Shown: positions 28,498 through 37,750 of the stretch, piece by piece
How positions within the stretch are numbered: the stretch's first letter is position 1
Layout: every line of letters begins with the position of its first letter
Notes under the pieces: model-generated
The model's database searches: none
Told to the model about the DNA's origin: nothing
What the model saw: only the letters and a program-made list of their open reading frames with translations
Made by a program: the position numbers and the translations under genes
NCBI GenBank assembly: GCA_965267215.1
Contig: OZ253940.1
Location: 2,478,097 to 2,542,096, forward strand
DNA length: 64,000 bases
Source of the DNA: Ekhidna sp.
GTDB lineage: Bacteria; Bacteroidota; Bacteroidia; Cytophagales; Cyclobacteriaceae
Direction: 5' to 3'

Positions 28498-28587
28498 ATG
28501 AAAACGAAAATAACCCTAATAATCGCTTCATTGCTTTTGGCTATCCTTGGAATAAAAGCAACGAGGAAGATGAGAAAAGCTTCTTAA
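28498..28587 (+). CDS. Candidate 29-aa single-TM small protein MKTKITLIIASLLLAILGIKATRKMRKAS
   Basis: Below the ORF-track cutoff; ATG after an A-rich leader, hydrophobic core, basic tail, followed by an intrinsic terminator. Confidence 0.5.
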   Translation: MKTKITLIIASLLLAILGIKATRKMRKAS

Positions 28588-28613
28588 AAAGAATACACCT
28601 AAAGGACTATACT

Positions 28614-28643
28614 AATGTCACTCAAAATCGAGTGGCATTTTTT
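28614..28643 (+). terminator. Intrinsic terminator closing the ECF-FecR-TonB unit
   Basis: AATGTCACTC-AAAATC-GAGTGGCATT then a T tract. Confidence 0.7.
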
Positions 28644-28664
28644 ATTTGTAGGAAACTTAATTGG

Positions 28665-28707
28665 AAATAAAAAGCAAACGGAGCGCCCTCACCAAAGCAA
28701 CTCCGTT
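28665..28707 (-). terminator. Probable minus-strand intrinsic terminator
   Basis: AACGGAG (28677-28683) / CTCCGTT (28701-28707) stem; the minus-strand tail reads TGCTTTTTATTT. Confidence 0.5.
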
Positions 28708-28890
28708 CTAATTCAACCAGCTATGGATTGTTTTTTATGTCTTTGTTGGTTCAAGATTAACGAAGATTTTTTTAACGGACACACCTCATTCGTCCATTCA
28801 AATGAAATATTAGATAAACACCTGTATATCCCCGATTAAGAAAATTCGCATTGCAATATTCTGTGGTAAACCCACTTTTTTACATATTTT

Positions 28891-29337
28891 TCAACCTTCA
28901 GATAGTATTCTTCGATGATAGTTTATTTGGCCTGTATGATAGTTCATATGGCCCTGAAGATGAATTAAAAAGTAGCTTGTAGTCATTGGGTAGCCAAAAA
29001 CTTCCAGTGGGTATAATTCATCAAGCGCTGAAGTTTTGACTTTTCCGAAGTATTGAGTAATTACTTCTTTGGTGATCTCAATCTCCTTTTTGATTTGCTC
29101 GAAAGGCAGTCTTCCTTGAAATTCAAAATCTCGGTTGCGTACATATCCGTTTTGAGCAAGGGTGGCACCAATAAAATGCTGTAGATTTCCACATAGATGG
29201 ATAAAAAGATTTCCTGCAGTGTTATTTATTCCTTCAACCTTCAACCACAAAGATTCCTCACTTGGATATGATTCCAATTCTTTTTGCAACCTATCCAAGT
29301 CCCTTTCGAAGAGTTTTGCTAAATCTTCCACAATCAT
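28891..29337 (-). CDS. DinB/DUF1572-family protein
   Basis: NTAGNLFIHLCGNL, RNRDFEF, HLQGHMNYHTGQINYHRR His motifs. Confidence 0.88.
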   Translation of the reverse strand: MIVEDLAKLFERDLDRLQKELESYPSEESLWLKVEGINNTAGNLFIHLCGNLQHFIGATLAQNGYVRNRDFEFQGRLPFEQIKKEIEITKEVITQYFGKVKTSALDELYPLEVFGYPMTTSYFLIHLQGHMNYHTGQINYHRRILSEG

Positions 29338-29338
29338 T

Positions 29339-29938
29339 TTATGAGTTCATTTTAAATTTCATTGTATAAAGATCGCTTGTTTTCTCTTTAAACTGATCCA
29401 TCAGGTCTTTTTTGATTTCACCTGAAATCTTACATGATAGCTGAAAATCTCTTTCTAATACATCAATTTCAAAATCACTAATGAGCTTCTCGGCTGTGCT
29501 TAACATATCGTATGGAAAATTCATTTCAACAAGAATGGTTTCAAAGATTTCCTTCTTTCTGATCTTAGAAAGAGCATTTTCTGAAGCAGACTTATATGCA
29601 CTTATTAAACCTCCAACACCAAGCTTTGTACCACCAAAATATCGGACTACTACAATCAGTGTATTAGTTAATTCAAATGATCTGATTTGGCCTAAAATGG
29701 GATCTCCTGCGGAATGGGCAGGTTCACCATCATCATTTGATCGATGGCGTTGATTATCCATTCCTAAAATCCAGGCGTAACAATGATGCCGTGCATCATA
29801 ATACTTTTTTCTAAGTCCATCTTGAATGTTTTTAATCTCCTCCTCTGATTGAACTGGATATGCGAAAGCTAAAAACTTGCTCCCTTTCTCTTTATAAATC
29901 CCCTCTGATGGACATTCAATGGTGTAGTAAGTACTCAA
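29339..29938 (-). CDS. yigZ: IMPACT/YigZ-family protein
   Basis: EKGSKFLAFA, ARHHCYAW, NDDGEP..SAG, VVRYFGGTKLG.GGL. Confidence 0.93.
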   Translation of the reverse strand: MSTYYTIECPSEGIYKEKGSKFLAFAYPVQSEEEIKNIQDGLRKKYYDARHHCYAWILGMDNQRHRSNDDGEPAHSAGDPILGQIRSFELTNTLIVVVRYFGGTKLGVGGLISAYKSASENALSKIRKKEIFETILVEMNFPYDMLSTAEKLISDFEIDVLERDFQLSCKISGEIKKDLMDQFKEKTSDLYTMKFKMNS

Positions 29939-31047
29939 AGCCTTGAAAGTAGTTCTTTGGCTTCAGATTTTACTTGATCAGTTTCAGCGTAGGATAATGC
30001 CTTATCCAATGACTTTTCTGCCTCTTCCATCTTATTTTTCCTGATAAGTACTCGGCCCAGTCCTAAATAACCGAAACTTTTAAAAAATTCCCCATGATTG
30101 GGAATCGACTCACCGTATTCCAGCCCCAGACGATAAGCATATTCGGCCTTTTTTTGATTTCCAATGATCTTTTCTTCCAGATAACCTAAAAATACGTAAC
30201 CAGCTAATTTGTAATAAGGGCTTTCATGTGTAATAAGAGAATAGAGCACTTCTTTCGGAGCGTTCTCAAAATCACTTGGATTGGCCAATGACTCCATATA
30301 CTTAGCCTTAGCATAATAGTTATTGGGATACATGTCACAAAGAGCCGCAAGGTATTGTTGGGCTAACTTTGGCTCGTATTCATATCTTAGGTAGATGTAG
30401 CTTAAATAAACATGCGCCTCAACAGTGGTCAAAAAAGACTCGTTGCATGCTCTTTCAAGTTGTTTCAACCCTAATTCTTTATCACCGCTCCTGAAAAACC
30501 ACAAAAGAGGTTTATATATGGGATGTTTTTCAGGATATTTTTCCCTGAAGTAATTATATAAACCAGTAGTAAGTAAGAACTCAGGATGTGAGTCCACGAT
30601 TTCAAATCCTTTTTTCATTAATCCATAAGCGCGATTTGCTTCACCTACAGCTTTCATTGTTGAGCCCTGATCAGCGTAGTATTCTGCTAATAGACCATAG
30701 GAAGCCATCGCAAAAAAAATCATTTCTGGCTCTTCAAGATCCTCGTCCCTAATTTTAGCGAGTTCGATAGCACGATCAAGATTTGCTTCCATTTTTACAA
30801 ATTCTTCTTCTGAAATCAATGGAATATTAGCCCAAAGTATGCTCATTGCTCTCATTAATGGGATAACAGGATGATCTGGGATGAATTTTTCCGCTTTGGC
30901 TATATAATATTCAGCAGAATCTTCATTCGCATTATAGATATGATCTGTTCCTTGTTTAACCAATTGCTGAATGGGACCTGGCTCAAACACCTGGCCTTTC
31001 AGTAAAATAGAAAGCATTAAAAGTGATGTGGTAATGAGGCTCTTCAA
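29935..31047 (-). CDS. Secreted TPR-like helical-repeat protein
   Basis: Signal peptide; GLYNY and repeated Ala/Leu/Tyr helical pairs. Confidence 0.65.
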   Translation of the reverse strand: MKSLITTSLLMLSILLKGQVFEPGPIQQLVKQGTDHIYNANEDSAEYYIAKAEKFIPDHPVIPLMRAMSILWANIPLISEEEFVKMEANLDRAIELAKIRDEDLEEPEMIFFAMASYGLLAEYYADQGSTMKAVGEANRAYGLMKKGFEIVDSHPEFLLTTGLYNYFREKYPEKHPIYKPLLWFFRSGDKELGLKQLERACNESFLTTVEAHVYLSYIYLRYEYEPKLAQQYLAALCDMYPNNYYAKAKYMESLANPSDFENAPKEVLYSLITHESPYYKLAGYVFLGYLEEKIIGNQKKAEYAYRLGLEYGESIPNHGEFFKSFGYLGLGRVLIRKNKMEEAEKSLDKALSYAETDQVKSEAKELLSRL

Positions 31048-31146
31048 CGTGAAATAATTAAGATTTTATTGTAAAAATCTAAGATGCAAGATAACGTCCC
31101 TTTTGAGCTTTCAAAAGCCAGTGGTGTTTTTAATTTTGTGATTATA

Positions 31147-32031
31147 ATGTCATTTCTCATACATGCTTCTCTCGATTCAATACCAACGAGTATTCCCGTA
31201 ACCTATTTTAAACAAGAATATCTGGAAACACAGAATCATCCAGTTTTTCGTGGATACTCTTCTTCAGATTTATTCATCCCCTTTTATATAGAATACGAAA
31301 ATGCAATTAGCATACCAAGAAGTCCTTTTGGGTCTTTTTATCAAAAAAAAGAAGACAAGGCTAATCTTATAACATTTTGGAAAGCAGTCCTTGATGATAT
31401 GAGGGATCAAGGAATCAAGAGGGTAGAGATTCGAAACCCTACGCCAATCTACAGCTCCTTTCCTCAATATTCAGTCTTGGAAGATATGGGTTTTGCAGTT
31501 TTATATAAGGACTTGAATCAGCATATAAATCTCACAGGAGAAGTCTATCTTCATCAGATGCAGAAGCGCAAGCTAAAAGCTCTAAAAGAGCAAGGATTCC
31601 GTTTTAGTAAGATGGATAGTGATCAACTAGAGACCGCCCACAAGTTTTTGACAGTATGCAGAGAAGCCCAAGGCTTACAAATTAACACCTCATGGGAGCA
31701 TCTTAAAAAGTTAGCCACTGCTATGCCCGGAACTTATGAATGTTTTGGAGTCTTTAGAGAAAAAAAAATCTCCGCTCTATGCATCACGGTAAAAGTAACC
31801 GACAAAGTGGCTTACTACTACTTGCCCGGAACAAGCCCAATGTTTCGAAATCAAAGCCCAATGGTAATGCTGATTGATGGAATGGTTGACCACTACAGAG
31901 ACGATGGATTTGAATACTTTGATTTGGGTGTTTCTTCCTTCGAAGGAAGGATTCAGGAGACACTTAAGGTCTTCAAAGAACGCATAGGTGCAATAGAAAC
32001 TGAGAAGGTCACTTTCGCATTAGATCTCTAA
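31147..32031 (+). CDS. GNAT-fold (FemAB/Acetyltransf_6-like) protein
   Basis: SPFGSF, LHQMQKRKLK, YFDLGVSS...LKVFKERIGA; ATG 31147 preferred over 31084. Confidence 0.72.
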   Translation: MSFLIHASLDSIPTSIPVTYFKQEYLETQNHPVFRGYSSSDLFIPFYIEYENAISIPRSPFGSFYQKKEDKANLITFWKAVLDDMRDQGIKRVEIRNPTPIYSSFPQYSVLEDMGFAVLYKDLNQHINLTGEVYLHQMQKRKLKALKEQGFRFSKMDSDQLETAHKFLTVCREAQGLQINTSWEHLKKLATAMPGTYECFGVFREKKISALCITVKVTDKVAYYYLPGTSPMFRNQSPMVMLIDGMVDHYRDDGFEYFDLGVSSFEGRIQETLKVFKERIGAIETEKVTFALDL

Positions 32032-33184
32032 GAAGTTTTTCATACCTACCAATCCAAATTTCTGAGGAAAATTTCTTTGTTACATACTTCCTGATTTGAC
32101 CTGAGTCAAAAGAACCATAATTTGATTTCATTTCTAGTATTTTGTTAGAAAGTCCTTCCGTTGAAATTTCACATAGCAAACCTGAATCTTTAGTCACAAT
32201 TTCTTCCGGGCCCCCACTCCTGGTTGCCACTACAGGCTTACCACAAGCCATTGATTCCAAAATAACATTACCAAATGTTTCGAACTTACTAGGCAGAATC
32301 AAAAATTGTGTTTTTTGAATGAGTTCACTTAGCTCTTTTCGGTTCTTCTCACCCAGAAATTGAATTCGCTTATTCAACCTTTTTTGCTCTACAAGCCTTC
32401 TTAACTTATTTTTTTCTGTACCATCACCCACAATTTTGAGCTGTATATCTGAAACATTTGAAAGAGATTCAATAAGTAAATCAATACCTTTTTCGGATTC
32501 TAACCGAGATATGGTTAACACAAAGTCTTCACTTTTACTTTTGCCCAACTGAAAGAAGTCTGTATCTACAGGATTATAAAGCACATTGCTATCAGTTATC
32601 CATTTTTTTAAGCTCTCACCTTGAAAGTTGCTCGTTACGGTCACCAAGTCAGCTGATTCTAGTGCGTTTAACAAATCAACTCCCAAAGAACCCAGATCAC
32701 TAAGCAATTGCTCAAACATGAAACCACCTAAACGTACATGAACATGATATGGAATATGGTACTTGTCAGACAGGTATTTTACAATTAAAGCGCCTGGATA
32801 ACTTGCTTGAGCTACAATAAAATCCGGCTTCCCACTTTTCATCAAATGAGATTGGAAATTCAACTCATTGCATCGAATGATTTCTCTCAAATTCCCCTTT
32901 CGAAACTTCTTTGTCCAGCTCAGTGTGGGCTGATAAAATTCGGAAAAATGCCCCATTTCCTTAGCATAGCCATGAGCTTGATTATGCTTTAGTACCTTAC
33001 TGAGATTTTTAAAGTGATCTCTAGCCCATAATAATTTTTCAGAATCACCTTGTCCCCATAAACTTACCCCTATCTTCCATTCAGGTCTAGACTTAGACAT
33101 CAACATCACCTGTTCTCTGATGAAAATCCCGTAAGAAGGGTTGGATTTACTTGGATACCATGATGGAACGATAAAAAGATTCAT
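32009..33184 (-). CDS. Family 4 glycosyltransferase
   Basis: PSWYP N-terminus; EKGIDLL; PSKFETFGNVILESMACGKPVVATRSGG. Confidence 0.92.
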   Translation of the reverse strand: MNLFIVPSWYPSKSNPSYGIFIREQVMLMSKSRPEWKIGVSLWGQGDSEKLLWARDHFKNLSKVLKHNQAHGYAKEMGHFSEFYQPTLSWTKKFRKGNLREIIRCNELNFQSHLMKSGKPDFIVAQASYPGALIVKYLSDKYHIPYHVHVRLGGFMFEQLLSDLGSLGVDLLNALESADLVTVTSNFQGESLKKWITDSNVLYNPVDTDFFQLGKSKSEDFVLTISRLESEKGIDLLIESLSNVSDIQLKIVGDGTEKNKLRRLVEQKRLNKRIQFLGEKNRKELSELIQKTQFLILPSKFETFGNVILESMACGKPVVATRSGGPEEIVTKDSGLLCEISTEGLSNKILEMKSNYGSFDSGQIRKYVTKKFSSEIWIGRYEKLLRDLMRK

Positions 33185-33233
33185 TACCCCGAATTTAATT
33201 GCTAAAAAGCTCTCAAGGTATGATCTTTCAGAA

Positions 33234-34060
33234 ATGAATCCGTCCCACTAGTCACGGTTATCTGTCTTTGTCACAATCAAGCTGATTATGTTTTAAAGGC
33301 CATCCAATCAGTATTTGATCAAACCTATGGGCATATCGAGTTGATCGTAGTGGATGATGGAAGTACAGATGGGAGTAAAGAACTCATCAAAAAAAGCCTG
33401 CGAGGGAGGTCTGAAACCTTTATTGACATTCCGAGCTCTATCGGAAATTGCAAGGCCTTTAATAAAGGTTTTTTCATATCTAAAGGCAATTACGTTATCG
33501 ATCTAGCCGCTGATGACCTACTATTGCCTGAAAGGATTGAACAGGGAATAAAAACATTCTCTCTAAAAAAAATTGGCGTTGAATTTTGCAATGTTCTAAA
33601 CATTGATGTCGAAGGAAACGATCTGGATGTTCATTTTAGCAAAAAAACTCAACCTCTCGAGGGAGATCTGTACATACAACTCATCAAGCAATACTTTATC
33701 TCGCCACCTGGAATGATGATTAAACGTGAAGTATTGGATGACTTGAATGGCTATGATGAATCGATGAGTTATGAAGATTTTGATTTTTGGATTCGGTCAA
33801 GTAGAAAATATCGTTATGGATACACGAACGAAGTATTGGTTAAGAAGAGAATCCTTAAAAACTCATTATCTAGCAAGCAATTTGAACTTAGGTCAAAACA
33901 TCAAAAGAGCACATTAAAAGTTTGTCAAAAAATAAAAGAGCTGAATCAAACTAAAGCGGAAGATTCAGCTCTTAGAAAAAGATGTCTTTATGAAATAAAG
34001 CAATGTTTGAAGCAAAGAAATTGGACGTTGATTCCTGCTTTTCTGAAGCTGATAAGCTAG
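33234..34060 (+). pseudogene. Family 2 glycosyltransferase with a frameshift just after the start codon (pseudogene or assembly error)
   Basis: PLVTVICLCHNQADYV..SVFDQTY..IVVDDGSTDGS is open from 33224 but has no start codon. ATG 33234 is out of frame (MNPSH*); one extra C at 33244-33246 restores MNPSPLVTV (275 aa). Confidence 0.8.
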
Positions 34061-35130
34061 TAAATTTCGATAGCATCTAATGCACCAAGCAAAACACTAT
34101 CGTTCTCATTTTCAACGTCTTCAATTGTATTTTTAATCTCCAGATCAACCGGTGTTCCTGTGCCTTCATAGTTTTTCATGTCTGTCGAATAATATCGTTG
34201 ATTGCTCAATGTGACTTTCCATCCATTTGGAAGCCTTTTAGCATACAAATCAGAGTATGAACCATTAGATCGTTCGCCTATGATAGTTACCTGAGGTAAT
34301 TGGTCCATCATAAGCGCAAGAACGTCCGCAGCACTGACCGTCTTATCATTGGTTAGTAGCACGACAGGGCTTAAGAATGGTTCACCATCACATGGCTCGA
34401 CAGTTATATCCTTCAATTTACCAAAAGAACCATTTTTCCGAGTTTGCTTCTTAAAGCCAACCATTTCATCTTCAATTAGTCGCGATACAATCCTTTTTGA
34501 GAATGCATCATCACCACCTATATTGAATCGAACATCGATAATTAAAGCATTTATCTCTGAGAAGTATTCAAAAATCTGATCTAATTGACTATCAAGTGAT
34601 ACTCCTACCATTTTTGTCGGGGTACTGAACGATCGAAAAAATCTCAGGTATCCTATATTTTCAGATCGTGAGTAAGAAAAAAGCTTCTCTCCTCTGAAAG
34701 TCGGACCAAGTTCTCTGATACTATCAAACCCGCTTCTAATAAGTGTTTGCTCTGTCATCTTACTAAAAAGGGGTCTTCGATCCTTCCCGGGGAGAGATGA
34801 AAGCTCTTGCATGATCCTTGACGGACGAGATGCTGACATGCGTTTATTTATCTCATCTGCTTTCAAAGTTGTATGAGCATCATTCAACGGCTTAATCATC
34901 TCCGCAAGAATATCAAACAATTCTTCATCCGATGTATTAGCTGTTATTCGATTACGAAAAACTTGTTTTGCATCCCAGTCTATTCCTTTCTCCTCAAATG
35001 AGGCATACTGTTCATTGAAAAGCTCCCAAAATGCATCAAATGTTTTAAGTGCCTCCGATTGTGCTTTTAGACTTCCAGAAGCCAATAAAACCACACCTAT
35101 CAAAACGACATGTATCAACCATTTACTCAT
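34057..35130 (-). CDS. S41-family peptidase (tricorn-like)
   Basis: Signal peptide; LNDAH; LIIDVRFNIGG; TVSAAD catalytic Ser; IIGERSNG. Confidence 0.9.
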   Translation of the reverse strand: MSKWLIHVVLIGVVLLASGSLKAQSEALKTFDAFWELFNEQYASFEEKGIDWDAKQVFRNRITANTSDEELFDILAEMIKPLNDAHTTLKADEINKRMSASRPSRIMQELSSLPGKDRRPLFSKMTEQTLIRSGFDSIRELGPTFRGEKLFSYSRSENIGYLRFFRSFSTPTKMVGVSLDSQLDQIFEYFSEINALIIDVRFNIGGDDAFSKRIVSRLIEDEMVGFKKQTRKNGSFGKLKDITVEPCDGEPFLSPVVLLTNDKTVSAADVLALMMDQLPQVTIIGERSNGSYSDLYAKRLPNGWKVTLSNQRYYSTDMKNYEGTGTPVDLEIKNTIEDVENENDSVLLGALDAIEIY

Positions 35131-37750
35131 ACTTCAAGGTATTTGCTGGATTCATAGCTGCCACTTTAAGTACACGAGCACTTACTGTGATAAATGAGCA
35201 GGTTACAACAACGAACAATGAAATAAGAATCACTAACCAGGGGAATCCAATTCGGTATGCATAGTTATCCAGCCAGCTATTCATACTGAAAAACACGATC
35301 GGCACACCAATAAATGTCGCAATCCCTATCAGAAATAAGAATTCTTTATAGAAAAGACTGACAATGTGCGTTTCAGAAGCTCCCAATACTTTTCTTACAC
35401 CTACTTCTTTCGTCCGTTGAGATGCAATGAATGAAATCAAGCCAAACAAGCCAAGTATCGCTACCAATAGTGCAAAGCCGGAAAAAACACTGAAAACTGT
35501 TCCAAACTTTCGATCTTCTTTGTAAAGTCGATCAAAGCGCTCATTAATAAAAGAATACTCTAACGTAGAAGTGGGGAACATCTCAGCCCATGTATTCTCT
35601 ATTAGTTCCAAAGACTGATCAATATTTTGTGGTGAAAGCTTCACCAGTGACCTATGCAATACCGGTTGATAAAAATAGCATGTTGGTTCGGCATATTTTT
35701 TTAAAGTCGTTCGATTCACGTTTTGAATCACTCCAACGATGTGATATTTATCATTCTCAGGATCTCGACCAAATTGGATCTTTTCATTCAATACATTAGC
35801 GTCGGAAAGATTAAACCGATCAAGAAAAGCTTGGTTAACAATCACGGCAGCTGAATCTGAAGCCATATCTTTATTAAAACCTCTTCCTTCTATTAGTTGA
35901 ATATTCAACAATGTGAAGTAATTCTCATCCACGGCATGAATGTAAGTGGTTGCATCCAGCCTTTCAGTCAAGCCCACAATTTTGACTCCTCCACTTGTAG
36001 ATGCAATTTCATCGCTCTCCCCGCCCGGTACTGATGTAGTGGTTGCAGCATCAACAACGCTTGCATCTCGTTTAAGGGATTCTAAGAAGGTCTTTACCCG
36101 TTCATTCATTTGATCTTGCTCTCCATTTTGGGGAGTTGGGTTACTGAATGATACGACTTGAGCGATATCCATACCCATATCCATTCTCCGCATAAAATTT
36201 ACCTGTCGGATCACGATCAGCGTGCTCGCAATCAAAGCGATGGAGGTAGCAAACTGCACTACAACAAGTCCTTTCCTTAGACTTACACCACCTTTCGAGT
36301 TTCGGAATTTTCCTTTGAGAACAGCTATGATCTTAAAGTTTGACAAAAAAATGGCTGGATAGAATCCTGAAATAAATGCGCCTAAAAGTGCGAATCCTCC
36401 CAACATACCCAGGAAATAAGCGTTTTTCCATACTTCGTTTAAAATTTGCATTTCTACCAGGTTATTGAAGCTCGGTGCAACAAGGAGTGTAATACCAAAC
36501 GCTATTACCGCACCCAGTATATTGATGATAAGTGCTTCAACCAAAAACTGAATTCTAAGCTGAGACTTACCTGCTCCTATCACTTTCCGCAGACCAACTT
36601 CTTTCGCCCTATCGACTGCTTTAGCAGTTGATAAGTTAATGTAATTCACCCAGGCAATAATGAGTATGAATATCGAAATGATCTCAAGAAAGTTAACTGA
36701 CTTTTTACTACCTGTAACTTCAGGCTCAAAAGTCATATCCGAGTTAAGATGGATCTCTTCTATAGGCTGTAGGTTGAAAAATAACGTACTCCCCTCCGAC
36801 ATATATTTTTCCTTGATTGGAACCAATTTCTTCTCGAGTTCTTCAATATCTGTTCCCTCATCAATTCGAACATAGGTATAATAGTTGAATGCCCTCCAGC
36901 CTTCATTATCAAGACGCTCTTGTACTGTAGCAATGGATATGAGAATATTGAATTTAAAATGTGTGTTCAACGGAACATCTTCAATAACCCCTGTCACTTT
37001 AAACTCTCTGTCAAAACCGGAATACAGATGCAGAGATTTCCCAATGGCGTCTTCACTGCCGAAATAAAATTGAGCTTTTGACTTTGTCAAAACGATGGAA
37101 TTAGGTCCTTTGAGCATGGATTTTTTATCACCAGAAATCACCTTATGTCCAAAAAAATCAATGAAATGCTCGTCAGCCATCTTCACAGATTCTTCGTTGA
37201 TCAATGACTCACCTTTTTTGATAGTAGCTCTTCCAATATTGTAAGCCAGAGCATACGCACTTATCTCAGGCACTTCCTCAGTCAAAACCTTACCTGAAGG
37301 ATTGAACGACATGGCATCTCGAGTACCTAATTGACCGTCTACAATCTGGTCGGATGTGACACGAAAGATAGTTTCAGAATCCTTATGAAAGGAATCGTAG
37401 CTTCTTTCAAACTTGATGTACTGATTGATCAGCAAAAAAGCAGCTAAACCAACAGCTACCCCAGCGATATTAATCGCGGTATACACCTTGTGTTTGGCAA
37501 GGTTTCTAAAACTGATTTTGAAGTAATTCTTAAACATATCTATGTCCTTTATTATTGAGTTTTCGAAAATTGGTCGCAGAAGTGACGGTCTAAAAAGCAT
37601 CATCACATCCATGAGGTATTTGAATTGAGCAAATCGATGGCTAAGTTCAAGGTGGTCTGAATAAAGCTCCTCCAGGTCACCTTTTATATCCGGGTAATAG
37701 TTAGGATGACAGTACCATTTGAACAATCGATCTGCTACTCTTTTGATCAT
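35123..37750 (-). CDS. MacB/FtsX-like ABC permease with N-terminal permease prefix domain (copy 2)
   Basis: IKGDLEELY prefix; NYINLSTAKA..RAKEVGLRKVIGA; RTKEVGVRKVLGA; ANTLKYE. Confidence 0.92.
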   Translation of the reverse strand: MIKRVADRLFKWYCHPNYYPDIKGDLEELYSDHLELSHRFAQFKYLMDVMMLFRPSLLRPIFENSIIKDIDMFKNYFKISFRNLAKHKVYTAINIAGVAVGLAAFLLINQYIKFERSYDSFHKDSETIFRVTSDQIVDGQLGTRDAMSFNPSGKVLTEEVPEISAYALAYNIGRATIKKGESLINEESVKMADEHFIDFFGHKVISGDKKSMLKGPNSIVLTKSKAQFYFGSEDAIGKSLHLYSGFDREFKVTGVIEDVPLNTHFKFNILISIATVQERLDNEGWRAFNYYTYVRIDEGTDIEELEKKLVPIKEKYMSEGSTLFFNLQPIEEIHLNSDMTFEPEVTGSKKSVNFLEIISIFILIIAWVNYINLSTAKAVDRAKEVGLRKVIGAGKSQLRIQFLVEALIINILGAVIAFGITLLVAPSFNNLVEMQILNEVWKNAYFLGMLGGFALLGAFISGFYPAIFLSNFKIIAVLKGKFRNSKGGVSLRKGLVVVQFATSIALIASTLIVIRQVNFMRRMDMGMDIAQVVSFSNPTPQNGEQDQMNERVKTFLESLKRDASVVDAATTTSVPGGESDEIASTSGGVKIVGLTERLDATTYIHAVDENYFTLLNIQLIEGRGFNKDMASDSAAVIVNQAFLDRFNLSDANVLNEKIQFGRDPENDKYHIVGVIQNVNRTTLKKYAEPTCYFYQPVLHRSLVKLSPQNIDQSLELIENTWAEMFPTSTLEYSFINERFDRLYKEDRKFGTVFSVFSGFALLVAILGLFGLISFIASQRTKEVGVRKVLGASETHIVSLFYKEFLFLIGIATFIGVPIVFFSMNSWLDNYAYRIGFPWLVILISLFVVVTCSFITVSARVLKVAAMNPANTLKYE

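Noticed and set aside
28615-28839. 74-aa plus-strand ORF in the intergenic gap
   Set aside because: It starts inside a terminator stem, crosses a second hairpin and has an atypical composition.
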